The position numbers were made by a program, and so were the translations under genes. Positions 25,480 through 37,037 of a DNA stretch of 64,000 nucleotides are shown piece after piece. The notes beneath the pieces are model-generated. The model saw nothing but the letters and a program-made list of their open reading frames with translations, was not told the DNA's origin and searched no databases. The stretch's first letter is position 1, and the number at the start of each line of letters is the position of its first letter. The stretch lies in assembly GCF_964355755.1 (NCBI RefSeq), contig NC_092674.1:21452001-21516000 (forward strand). Reading direction: 5' to 3'. Origin of the DNA: Antedon mediterranea. Lineage: Eukaryota > Animalia > Echinodermata.

Positions 25480-28400
25480 TGTTACGGGCACGCTCGTTAG
25501 GCTGAAACCAACAATAAGAATATAACAAAACACGTTGTAGTTGTCGTCCATCTTTATTCATCTCCTCCTTTCTCTCTAGATGGCTCACTTCCGTGTGACA
25601 AACCCATCACACACCCCCACATAAAGAAAGTTTGATATGATTAAACTTATAACTGTTTACTATAACATCTTAAATCTTTTCTTATACAGTAGTTATTTTA
25701 ACAGGTCGTTGATATGAATTTACTTCAACTGCTTCTTTAAAATTTCACAAGTTCTAATTACTTTAAATCCGTGTATGCCATTAATGCATCACTCTATCAC
25801 AACTAACATATTATAATTAAATAAAAACTTTTAAAATCAACAAAACTTTTAAAATCATTTCATGCATGTTTTATCTAAACTCTTGACAAAGCGTCAGCTA
25901 CAACATTGTCTTTTCCTCTGATATGATGAATTTCCAGATTCATTTCTTGAACTGCTAAACTCCATATCAACAGGCGTTGATTCTTGTCTTTCATTCTTGC
26001 CAAGAACGTTAATGGGTTGTGGTCAGTAGTCCAAACTACAATGGGAAACGGAGTAGATCCAAGATACACTTCAAAGTGCTTTAACGCTGACATCAAAGCT
26101 AATGTCTCCTTCTCAACAGTAGAATAACGCTTCTCATGCTGGTTGAATTTTCTCGAGTAGAAACACACAGGCTTGTCAACACCATTCTCGTCTGTTTGCG
26201 CCAACACAGCACCAGAACCAACATCACTGGCATCGATCATTAACGAGAACTGTTTATCAAATTGTGGAGCCATCAACACCGGTTCGTTTGATAACATCGC
26301 TTTAACTTTAATGAACGCATTATTGCATTCCTCCAACCACACAAAGCTCGCATTCTTTTTCAGCAGATTCGTTAATGGAGCTACAAGCGTTGAGAAACTT
26401 CTGCAAAAACGTCGATAAAACCCAGCCATTCCTAGGAACCGCATTAACTCCTGCTTACCCTTTGGAACTGGGAAATCACAGACTGCCTTAATCTTAGCAT
26501 TTAATGGTTTCACTTTTCCGCAACCAACTTTATGACCTAAGAACACAATTTCTGCACAGGAAAACTCACTTTTCACCAAATTTACTGTCAACTTTGCAGC
26601 TGTCAACCTGTCAAACAATGCCTTAATTCTCTGCACATGCACATCCCATGTATCACTATAAACAACCAAATCGTCTATATAAGCTTCACAGCCTTCCAAC
26701 CCTGAAATTATACCATTAACCAATCTCTGGAACGTGGCTGGTGTATTCTTTAAACCGAAAGGCATGACTTTATACTGATAAAGACCCATGGGAGTTACAA
26801 AAGCTGACACTTCTTTTACTCGCTCGGTTAAAGGAATTTGCCAGTAACCCTTTAGAAAATCAAACTTAGCACTACCCACACGATCAATACAGTCATCTAT
26901 CCTCGGTATGGGATATGAATCTGTAGATTTGGCATTAACCTTCCGATAATCAGTACAAAAACGATACGATTTATCTGGATTCGGAACTAATATACATGGA
27001 GAACTCCAAGCAGTGCAACTAGGCTCGATTATATCATTCTTAATCATGTAATCAATCTCATTTTGTAATATCTTCATCTTGAACAGATTTGCTCTATATG
27101 GATTTTGTTTTATTGGTGAACAATCAGCTGTCTTAACATCATGCTCCACTAAGTTCGTTCGACCTGGAACATCCGAAAACAACTGTAGATTTCCAAATAT
27201 CAAACTAACAATTTCAACCTTACGATCACGAGATAAATGACCAACTTTCTCTTCAATGTTTGCAAGGACATCTGAATTACTGAACTTAACACATGTATCG
27301 GGATCCCCAAACTCTTCAGAATTCTCTTCAACAACACACGTAACTGGTGTTGGCGTACAGGTATCCCTATTATTTCTCACTGTGTATGGTTTCAACATGT
27401 TTATATGACACAGTCGCTTCTTCTTACGCCTATCTGGAGTATCTAACACATAGTCAACTTCTCCAACTCTTTCTAATACTTTGTAAGGACCAGCAAATCT
27501 TGCAGATAATGGTTGCCTGGAAAGAGGCAACATAACTAACACTTCATCACCTGAACTAAAGCTTCTCTTTTCTGATTTCCTATCAAACAATCTCTTCATT
27601 TTAACCTGAGCCTTCACAAGATTCTTTCTAGCCATCTCACGAGCACGATTTAATCGATCACAAAATTCAGACACATAATCTAGTATCGATACAGACTCTT
27701 CTGCATTCCTTAACAGCCTTTCTTTGACTATTTTAAGAGGGCCTCGGACCGAATGACCATACACCAACTCAAATGGGCTAAACCCTAAGGACTCTTGCAC
27801 TGTTTCACGAACAGCAAATAACAATAAGGGAACTCTCTTATCCCATTCCTTTTCACATTGAAAACAATAGGTTTTAAGCATATTCTTAAGTGTTTGATGA
27901 AATCTCCCAAGTGCCCTTGAGACTGTGGATGGTAAGCACTTGAACTTATATGGGCAACACCTAACTGCTCTAAGACTTGTTTAAATATCTTTGACATGAA
28001 GTTTGATCCTTGATCGGACTGAACAGCTTTAGGCAATCCTACCCATGTAAAGAATTTTACCAATGCTTTAACAACATTCTTAGCTGTAATACGCCTAAGA
28101 GGAATCGCTTCTGAAAACCTACTTGATACACACATTATTGTTAATAGATATTCATTTCCATTTTTAGTACGTGGTAATGGTCCCACACAATCAACAATAA
28201 CTCTTGAAAATGGTTCACCGAATGCAGGAATAGGCTTAAGTGGGCCTACTGGAACTTTTTGATTAGGCTTCCCCACTACCTGACACGCATGACAGGATTT
28301 ACAATAGTTAGACACATCTTTTCTAAGACCTGGCTAAAAGAAATGCCTGAGAATTTTGTCCACCGTTTTATTGACACCTAAATGCCCTGAAAGAGGATCA

Positions 28401-30850
28401 TCATGCGCAATACCAATAATATCCTGACGGTATCCACTAGGAATAACTATCTGGTGAATCTCATTCCAAACATCACTACTTGGAATATCTGGTGGCCTCC
28501 ACTTACGCATAAGTATGCCTTTCTTTATATAACAACAAACAGGAACAATAGACATTTCCTCTACAGAAAGAGCATGCTGACCAAATGACACCAAATCTGG
28601 ATCTTTACTCAGCTCTTCCACTAACCTGGACCGATTGAGAACTGTTGGACCGAAATCACACACTTTTGGGTGCTGTTGTTCAGCCTGGGCAGTGTGTGAC
28701 TCGGGACCTGAGCAGACAGCCTCTTGGGAAACGCGATCTGTAATTTCTCCGTAAAAACTATCACATAAGTCAATACTCTCATCTCATCCATCTCATTATT
28801 TGTCATAGATCGCGTCACCGCACATTATGGAAACACATGTGATAATTCTTTCTCTAAACACACCGTGCTTTCGTCTTCAACAGGACTTTTGCACACAACC
28901 GGTTCTACTGTCACTCTGTCTCCGGCCAAATCATTCCCCAAAAGGAGTGTGACACCCCATACTGGAAGACTCGGAACAACACCAACAACAAAATCTCCGC
29001 TAACAATATCTGTTTCAATCCGAATTACATGAAGTGGGACTTCCTTATAACCCCCTTCAACACCTTGGATGAGCACACTTGCTCCAGCAGAAGACTCGTC
29101 CGAAAATGACAATGCAGATTCTAATATCAGGGATTGTGACGCCTCTGTGTCTCTTAAGACACGAACTTTACTCAGATTCACATCGTTGATCAATGCTACA
29201 GAACCAGTAGAGAGGAAAGGCTTAAATAGCTTTCGCACTTTTTCCGGATCTGAAGATTGGGTCAACTTCTCACTTTCATCAACGTCGTCATGACTCGCTG
29301 TCACTTTCAACGGGACTGTATTAACCAACGTGTTTGGAAGTGATTGGGGTTTCTTATTATCCCGTTTAGCTTTGCTTTGAAACAGCCAGCATTCTGCTTT
29401 TATATGACCCTTTTTCTTGCAATAAAAACAAGTTCTTACAAATTTACTACTACTATTAACTGTGGTTTTCTGACTTTGGACCTTAGAATCATCAACAGAT
29501 TTGGAAACCGATTTGGTATCCACCACCCTGTGCGTGAGCACATAATTATCGGCAACAGAAGCCGCTTTCGTTAAATTATCGATTTTCTGCTCCTCTAGAT
29601 GTGTACGAACTTCAGTAGGAGAACAAGATTTAAACTCCTCAACTAACATAAGCTCTCGAAGCTTTCCAAATTCACCGTTTACTCCTTCCGAACTACACCA
29701 TCTATCAAAAAGAATCTGCTTCTTACGTGCAAATTCTGTAAACGTTTGATCATAAGGTTTACCTAAGTTCCTAAATTTCTGACGATACGCCTCTGGAACT
29801 AACTCATAAGCTAACTTATGACAAAACAGCAGTTTTAACTGCATCATAGCTTTCACATTGATCATCAGCCAATGCAGAAAATACCTCTTGGGCTTTACCC
29901 ATAAGAGCAGTTTGTAACAACACAGTCCAGTGTCTAGCAGGCCACTTTAATCTATTAGCAATTTTCTCAAAAGCTAAAAAATATGTCTCTACCTCGTCCT
30001 CATTAAACTTGGGAACCCATTTAATATTCTGAGTAATCTCTGAATCATTAGGTGTAGAAACCCGTGTGGTGTGACCCATTTGGTTAGCTAATTCTAATTT
30101 CCTTAACTCAAACTCATGTATTTCCTTTTGAGTTTGCATCTCTATTTTTCTTCTTTCAAAAATAAATTTTTCACGTTCCAACTTAATTCTAGCCAACTCG
30201 ACCTCATTCCCCGCAGTTTTTCGGATTCATGAGTAATTAAACCAACATGATTTCCAATCACATTTATTAAGTCATATTTATTCATGGAATCATTTATAGA
30301 AGCTCCAACCCTAGTACCTAGGAGTCGCAAACGCTCCTCTGATAGCTGAGCTACCACCTCAATGGACATGCTACCCAAAAATTCCTCGTCAAAATCACTT
30401 TCTGACATAGTTTCTATTCGAAACAAACAAACAAAAACATAGGTTAAATTAACCAATATGACGATAATTAAGGTACCAGTAATGAAATACCTGCCAAGCT
30501 CACACAGTATTAAACCTACCGTGCGCCGTGGTCTCAATAACTAGACCCCTACAATCAAAGCCAAACCGACTTCTAGTATCACAGGCAAGCCTACACAAGC
30601 CTAAAACAACAACACAGTGTACTGGCTCGACGACCGCCAAACCTCGTTCGTTATAAAACGCCTCGCTAAACCTAAAACCAGCTTAGAATAAGTAACTAAA
30701 ATTACCATCAGTTCGATCTACAACTACAATTCCGTACTTTGTTCCCGGATGACCCTTTAATTTGTTACGGGCTCGGTCGTTAGGCTGAAACCAACAATAA
30801 CAATATAACAAAACACGTTGTAGTTGTCGTCCATCTTTATTCATCTCCTC
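25480..30850 (-). mobile_element. Gmr1-type Gypsy LTR retrotransposon (gag-PR-IN-RT-RH order), decayed
   Basis: 3' LTR 25480-25611 (TGTGATGGG..CCCGTAACA on minus, PPT GTGGGGGTG), truncated 5' LTR 30763-30850. Confidence 0.9.
25875..30410 (-). pseudogene. Gmr1-type gag-pol polyprotein in several frameshifted pieces
   Basis: YELVPEAYRQKFR (SCAN-related capsid), CFYCKKKGHIKAEC, LRDTEASQS, GHLGVNKT, CKSCHACQ, DCVGPL, SDQGSNF, then FCTDYRKVN, YIDD, DASDVG, VADALSR. Confidence 0.9.
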
Positions 30851-31448
30851 TAAATACTGTTAGTACAGGCTATATGTGACATTTATCCTATGTAACCTTG
30901 AACAAATTCTAATAAAAGGTCTTTTGGTATTTTCTTGTAGCTTTAGGTGTGAATAAATACCAAAAAATTTTTGCAGCCTTCTAGTTGCTGCGTTAGTGAG
31001 ATATTGAGGGTCAAAGGTCAGTGACCTTTTTGTGGCATTTGATGGCTCATAACTCCTCAATTCCTGGGTTTAAAAAGACAACTGTGGTGTCTACATCTAT
31101 GTTTTAGTGGTCAAACAACAAAATAAAATTTTTGCAAATTTCGGGTTACTTGTGTCATTGGTCAGATAGTCGGGTCAAAGGTCATTGACCTTTATTCATT
31201 AGTAACTACTACTAGTTTAGGACCTGGGTAAGATTTTTATGCATTCAATTTAGGAGAGAATATCTCAACTGTTATAGGATAATTAGACCCCAAGGAACAA
31301 CATGGGATATGTGCCAAATTCGTTATCGGGGGCGAACATGCCCAAAATCGGGGTCAAAGGTTAGAAATGTGTGGTTCTTATATCTCGACAACCAAATCAT
31401 ACAGATTTGCTTTTGGTGTCAAATTGTTCAGAAAATACATATTTATAT

Positions 31449-31650
31449 TCAGTCTTCGACATCATGGTTAGTGGATGAACAGTAGCTTCCGAGGAACTTG
31501 AAATCCTCTACTTGTTCTATTGCTGATCCATCCAGTGCGAGAGTTATAGAAGGTGATGAGGGGTTTAAATGTATGAATTGGGTCTTCTTGATGTTTAAGT
31601 ATAAACCTATAGCTTGTGTGGCTTGTTGAATTCTGTGCAGTAGATTTTCG
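31449..31650 (-). mobile_element. Short RTE-type LINE RT fragment
   Basis: IGLYLNIKKTQ...IEQVEDFKFLGS is the post-YADD thumb region of non-LTR RTs. Confidence 0.65.
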
Positions 31651-31844
31651 GTTTGGTCCATGTACTCGAAATGCTAATTAAATCCAATTTTAGGGGTAAT
31701 TTGGATGGTTTCCCCTTAAAATTGAACAGGAGCCGTCACTTAAGAATTGCCATTTCTGGGTCCCATAGACCATATCTACATACTCCACACCTCAAACCTT
31801 TTGTACTAAAATTGCTAATTAAAACCTTCTGGGCTCCCAGACTA

Positions 31845-31934
31845 TATGGACCAGACGGTCATGTAAGGGTAGTTAACAATGGAGATATAATTCGAGGTAT
31901 TACAAAAATGTGTCCACTAGAGATACTTGATTAA
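31845..31934 (+). pseudogene. C-terminus of the BEL integrase
   Basis: YGPDGHVRVV...ITKMCPLE continues the frame interrupted at 24942. Confidence 0.8.
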
Positions 31935-33779
31935 AAGAATGTTAAATATCAAGATACAGAAAGGTGTTATTATTAAGAAGCACAACTGTTTAAGTTTTAG
32001 TGTTAATAAGTTTAGAGTTGAATTATGTTAAATTAAACAGTGTAGAAGTTGATCATATAATTGTTATACATTGTTGGATAATGTTCAAATAAGGACAGTG
32101 ATGTTAAATGAGTTATCAACACGTTCAATGTGAATAATGTCAGTAAAAATAGTTTTTAATTTAGAAATGATGTTAAATAATTACAGTGAATATAATAGTC
32201 CGGTGGCAGGAGGGGGGAATCACCACCCGAAAGGGGACAAATTGCCATCCAACTTTTCTAGACTAAAATTTTCCGTAGATTACGAATATGGAAGGTAATC
32301 GATCAGGATAGGAAGCGTTTTCGAGATATAAGGGGTCAAAGTTCAAAATTGACCAATTACAACAATGTATTATGTATATGTATTATAACAAATTTATTGA
32401 AGCACAATTTGGTCTTTTATTACATTTTTATGATTATAAGTGTCTATTCAATCACCTTATGAAAAAAAAATCCTTTGTGATTGAGGGTCAAATGTCAATA
32501 TTGACCAATCATAGAACGTACCTATAAAACCAAATAAAAATTAATATTTAATAAAAATTGGATGTTTTGTCATCCTGTTAATCAATCATACGCAATGTAA
32601 AAGAGCGAACACATCATTTCATCAGTTTACATAAGGTCAATTTTATCAGTTGACATAAGGTCAAAGGTCAACATTTTAATACGCGTATTAGTTAACAAAT
32701 AAATGCAAAATTGTCCAAACTATGATATTGATGGTTTTACAAGTAATAAAATTATTTGATTAGTAAAGTTATGTTATTTCATTATAATACTGTATTTAAT
32801 CAAATCAGACTTCGATCAGGATAGGAAGCGAATAGGAAGAAATAAGGGGTCAAAGTTCAAAATTGACCAATTATAACAATGTATTATACATATGTATTAT
32901 AACCAATTTATTCAAGTTCAATTTTGTTTTTTAATACATTTGTATGGTTATAGGTATTGTATGGTGTTATTCAGTCGCCTTATAAAACAAATACTTTGCA
33001 AAGGTCAAATGTCAATATTGACCAATCACACAATTTGCATTTAAAACCAAATAAAAACTAACATTGAAGACAAAATGTTATGCTTTATCATTCTGTTAAG
33101 ACATCTATCAATAATACACTATCAAAAGAGCACATTTATCATTACACAAGTTGACATGGGTCAAAGGTCAACATGTGCATAAATGATATACTAAATAATG
33201 CAAAGTTATTCAAACTATGAGATCGATATTCATAAATGTAATCACGTTATTTGATCAGTGAAGTTATGGTATTTTTATATTTTTTCTAGTGCGATTATTT
33301 TAAATGTATTAATATAATACTGTAAAATAAATAATAAAATTAATATTATGACGATTAAAATGTTATGATGTTAAAATGTTGCGCTGACCTTCAATGATTT
33401 GCCACTATACAGTTGCATTTATTAGGGCTACAATATTCGTTTTTGGAAAATAAACTACTATTCATCAGAACCAGAGAATACCAATTCGTACAGGATAGGG
33501 CAGGGGAAGATCCAGGTGGCCAAACTCAATCCACAACTCACTACACAGACAGACCACAATTTTTATATAGTTTGGCCCATACAGGAAAGAGTTTCCTGTA
33601 TACAAAGGATTCTAAAATAACCTATATGGATTTGCCCGAATGAACCCTCTAAGGACCCTTTTGGGATCTCTATGTGGTGTGCTACATAAGGCCCTGTATT
33701 AGAAATTAGTATGGGGTAAATAGTTCATAGATGAACTATGGAATAAAACTAAATGTGCACCCTCAATCTTTAAATAACA

Positions 33780-34232
33780 TTTATGGATTTGCCAAATTGA
33801 ACCCAAGGGCCGGTCGTTCTCCATTGATGGACATTAAGCCCCATAATGGAAATATAAGGGGTGACACTGTGAGTTCATATAGACAGGCGCGGCCCATGAA
33901 TTAAGCTGCCTGTGCACTCCCGATCCTTAAGAAAAATGTATGGATTTGCCCAAATTAACCCAAGAGCCGGTCCTCCATGGACATTAAGCCCCATAATGGA
34001 AATATAATGGGTGACACTGTGGGTTTATATAGACAGGCAGAACCATGGAATAAAGCTGCCTGTGCACTCTCGATCCTTAAGGAAAACTTATGGATTTGCC
34101 CAAATTAACCCAAGGGCCGGTCCTCCATGGATGGACATTAAGCCCCATAATGGAAATATAATGGGTGACACTGTGGGTTTATATAGACAGGCACATGGAA
34201 TAAATCTGCCTGTGCACTCTCGATCCTTAAGG
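33780..34232. repeat. ~150-bp tandem repeat, left part
   Basis: TGGATTTGCC at 33784, 33941, 34091; the array resumes after the Gypsy. Confidence 0.85.
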
Positions 34233-34509
34233 CTAGTGTAACCCAGTCTACAAAAGTAGGCCAGTCAAAGAAGATGAAGGGTAACCCAGGCCACAAAAGT
34301 GTGCCAGTCCAAGGAAATTGCAACATTTACACATTCCTACTTCCTTACAAACAAAGAAAGTACTGACCAACATACTTTAAGTATGAGCTAATTATTTTAA
34401 GGATAAACTATTAGCTGATCAAACTCCAAATAAGGAAATAGGGCCACCATCATCTACCATTAGATAATGGTCCAGGAATGTATTTCGGAACAACAGGGTG
34501 GGGCCAAGA

Positions 34510-34546
34510 TATATAAAAAAGACTGCAGAGTTGGGAAAAATCACAA
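34510..34546 (+). promoter_or_regulatory. LTR core promoter: TATA box and initiator, predicted TSS 34543
   Basis: TATATAAAA at 34510 and TCAC at 34541-34544, with the A 31 nt after the TATAAAA starting at 34512. Confidence 0.65.
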
Positions 34547-34648
34547 CTCAACTCTAAATCTATTGAGAGCAGTCAGGTCCTCCCTGATACTTTTTGTACG
34601 TTCTGAAAGAAGTTGTATTTACACTTATTCCTTGCTCAACAAATTCAG

Positions 34649-35112
34649 GTAAGATAACCAACATAAACTTATTATTTTGTAGCGTAAGTAACATAGCTAA
34701 ATCCTTTAGTTGTACTTGTTAACTACATATAGGATACTACTTTTATGTTTATCATTGCTTGTTGTCCAACAATGAATTTATTATCTTAGATACAACTTGA
34801 TATATTGTAAATATGTACTATATGTTTGACCACCTTATATCGTATTGATTGTATGTTTATATGTAAGTTAGAGTGTAGTAATAAGACCCTGTCATTATAC
34901 TCACTAGGCTATGATTTATTAGCTAATCCTAAATTATCCTTGAATGAAGCCTGTATAGAGAATTCTGTAGTTATAGGAATTAAATACAAAAAGGCTACCG
35001 TAGTAGACAACTCAACTCTAAATCTATTGAGAGCAGTCAGGTCCTCCCTGATACTTTTTGTACGTTCTGAAAGAAGTTGTATTTACACTTATTCCTTGCT
35101 CAACAAATTCAG
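34649..35112 (+). other. Predicted 464-nt intron within the LTR containing the poly(A) signal
   Basis: CAG|GTAAGA donor at 34649, ATTAAA at 34979-34984, pyrimidine-rich ...TTCAG|G acceptor at 35112. Confidence 0.55.
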
Positions 35113-35494
35113 GTTGAGGGAAGATTGCCCAAGTTGGATTCTGTGTGTAAAGTCCACAGCCAGACGAGGGAATCGGTGGAGTGTATAAGCATCAAACTTC
35201 GAACGGGTTTACCACACCAAAAAGGGGACAAGCTCGACCACTGCCAGTTGTCAACAAACTTAAGTTTGACTGGTTATCTAAATCTTTAAGCATACTTAAT
35301 TATAAGTCGCATATTGTATAATTTGTATTACGATTTAGAATAATAACACATCTACTATAAGCCAACTATTGTGTACTCTTTTATTTATTATCTATGTGTG
35401 TCTAGTGCCACCGCCCCAATCAACTCGAACCCCGCTCACCTCAACCCTAAGTCGATAATCTTTTGTGTTGTGTGTAGAGTGGTTACATAAAAAC

Positions 35495-35512
35495 TGGCGC
35501 CCAATGTGGGGC
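35495..35512 (+). other. Primer-binding site, tRNA-Lys(CUU)
   Basis: TGGCGCCCAATGTGGGGC, one mismatch from the canonical TGGCGCCCAACGTGGGGC; 7 nt after the LTR. Confidence 0.9.
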
Positions 35513-35717
35513 TTGAAAAGGCACTAGTTAGATAATAAATTTATAATTATATACTATATTGCATATTTTTATCATTGTATTATATTTCATGCTTTTCAAT
35601 TTTACTTTATAATATTTTTGTACCCTTATATATCTAATTATTGTTTTACAATTTGTAATATTTGATCGTAATTTCACTTATTTTAATTTACAATTGTAAC
35701 TTCTTATTTTGTATACC

Positions 35718-37037
35718 ATGGATATATATGACTGGTGTATTAAACACAAGGTCGATCCTAGTCATGCTATTGCATTAAGGGGTGTATTGAAGGCCAATTA
35801 TAGTAACGATAGAATACCTAATGCATTCAAAGAAATAGATCGATCCCAGGTTGTTGAAGTTATAGATGAAACAGATATCACTTTTCAATTACTACTTTCG
35901 TTTTCCAAACCTGTAGTAGATCTAAATATCCCCACAACCATTGACCACACAGATAACGAAACCTGGACTATTATAAAATGGGATGGGAAGACCCCAGAAA
36001 AAGACACCTATATCCTACCCACAGATTTCCAGGGACAACTACAAAAATTTCTCTTAGAACATGGGAAAACCCTGAACGATCTTAGGCTAGATTCCATCCC
36101 CTCCGACACCAAAGAAGTAGTAGTAAAACACCTAATAGGCAACAACGTGCCCCGTACGGCCGGTGTTCGTCGGTTACGACAGTTTTCGGGACGGGTGCCA
36201 ATCCCTTCAAATGAGGTAGACTTTGAGACTTGGTCTCAACTAGTCCAACAACTTTTAAGGGATGATAGCTTATCACAGGCTGAACAAAAGAGCATCTTAA
36301 GTCAAAGTCTCTTTCCTCCAGCACTTAATATCCTAAATAAAGTGACTGATAAATCAACTGCTAGGGAATGCCATGATGTACTTAATGAGGTCTATGGTTT
36401 GGCAGTGGATGCAGATGACCTCTATACTCTATTTAGGGAGACATATCAGTCGGAAGGGGAACTGCCCTCTAAATTTTTAATGCGCCTAGATGAAAATCTA
36501 ACTAGGGCAACAAAGGCAGGGGCAGTTGGGGTAGCAAAGGCTGACCATATGAGACTAGCTCAATTTGTCCGTGGGCTAGTATATGACGAGATGCTATCAT
36601 CTACATTAAACCTGAAACAACGCAAATCAAATCCCCCTACTTATTTAACACTGATTAAAGAAGTTAGAAGTGAGGAAATTAATAGTAGGGCTAGGGCAGA
36701 AAAGCGAACACCTAAGGCAGTTAGTGCCAAGGCTGCGTTATGTAGCTATGAAGCCCTTAGCCATGAGGTAGAAGTTCTTAGAACTGAGCTACATCACCTC
36801 AAATCAACACCAAGCCCACCAGAGTCCACCCCTAACCCAAAAACGCGTTCTTCACCTGCGCCAAACACTAGGCCTAAAATATGTTATAATTGTGGCGAGG
36901 ATGGGCACCACATGAGGGGTTGTCCCAACCCAACTAATGCCACATTAGTACAGCAGAAATTGGTCAAACGGTTTAATCAGGCGGGAAACGGCAGAGGGCA
37001 TCCGGGAAGAAGGGACAACGGTCTGCCCCATCAGTAA
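35718..37037 (+). CDS. Gag, PNMA/Ma-antigen-like, with CCHC knuckle
   Basis: DWC..ALRGV N-terminus, LRQFSGRVPIPSNEVDFETW, YQSEGELPSKFLMRL, CYNCGEDGHHMRGC; uninterrupted ORF. Confidence 0.92.
   Translation: MDIYDWCIKHKVDPSHAIALRGVLKANYSNDRIPNAFKEIDRSQVVEVIDETDITFQLLLSFSKPVVDLNIPTTIDHTDNETWTIIKWDGKTPEKDTYILPTDFQGQLQKFLLEHGKTLNDLRLDSIPSDTKEVVVKHLIGNNVPRTAGVRRLRQFSGRVPIPSNEVDFETWSQLVQQLLRDDSLSQAEQKSILSQSLFPPALNILNKVTDKSTARECHDVLNEVYGLAVDADDLYTLFRETYQSEGELPSKFLMRLDENLTRATKAGAVGVAKADHMRLAQFVRGLVYDEMLSSTLNLKQRKSNPPTYLTLIKEVRSEEINSRARAEKRTPKAVSAKAALCSYEALSHEVEVLRTELHHLKSTPSPPESTPNPKTRSSPAPNTRPKICYNCGEDGHHMRGCPNPTNATLVQQKLVKRFNQAGNGRGHPGRRDNGLPHQ
36983..37027 (+). other. Programmed -1 ribosomal frameshift signal (G GGA AAC plus downstream stem)
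   Basis: Heptamer is in gag phase; the -1 frame is open through to LDTGSQV; GGCAGA (36990) can pair with TCTGCC (37022). Confidence 0.8.

Larger units (their letters stand above)
24943..31844. mobile_element. Non-autonomous long-TIR DNA element, Academ-like (TAGTC termini, 3-bp TSD)
   Basis: ~195-bp TIRs (24943-25182, with a 45-bp internal duplication; 31651-31844), TSD TAT; removing it restores BEL KEIYGPDGHVRVV. Superfamily inferred from termini and TSD only. Confidence 0.7.
34237..35487 (+). repeat. Gypsy 5' LTR
   Basis: Same length as 41751-43001; I found three mismatches by eye. Confidence 0.97.

Noticed and set aside
24811-31934. Two similar ORFs (24811-25179 minus, 31653-31934 plus) as a gene pair
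   Set aside because: They are translations of the two TIRs of one element.
34467-35289. Short ORFs inside the LTRs (also 41981-42803)
   Set aside because: Their shared peptide only reflects the 106-bp duplication; no recognisable protein features.
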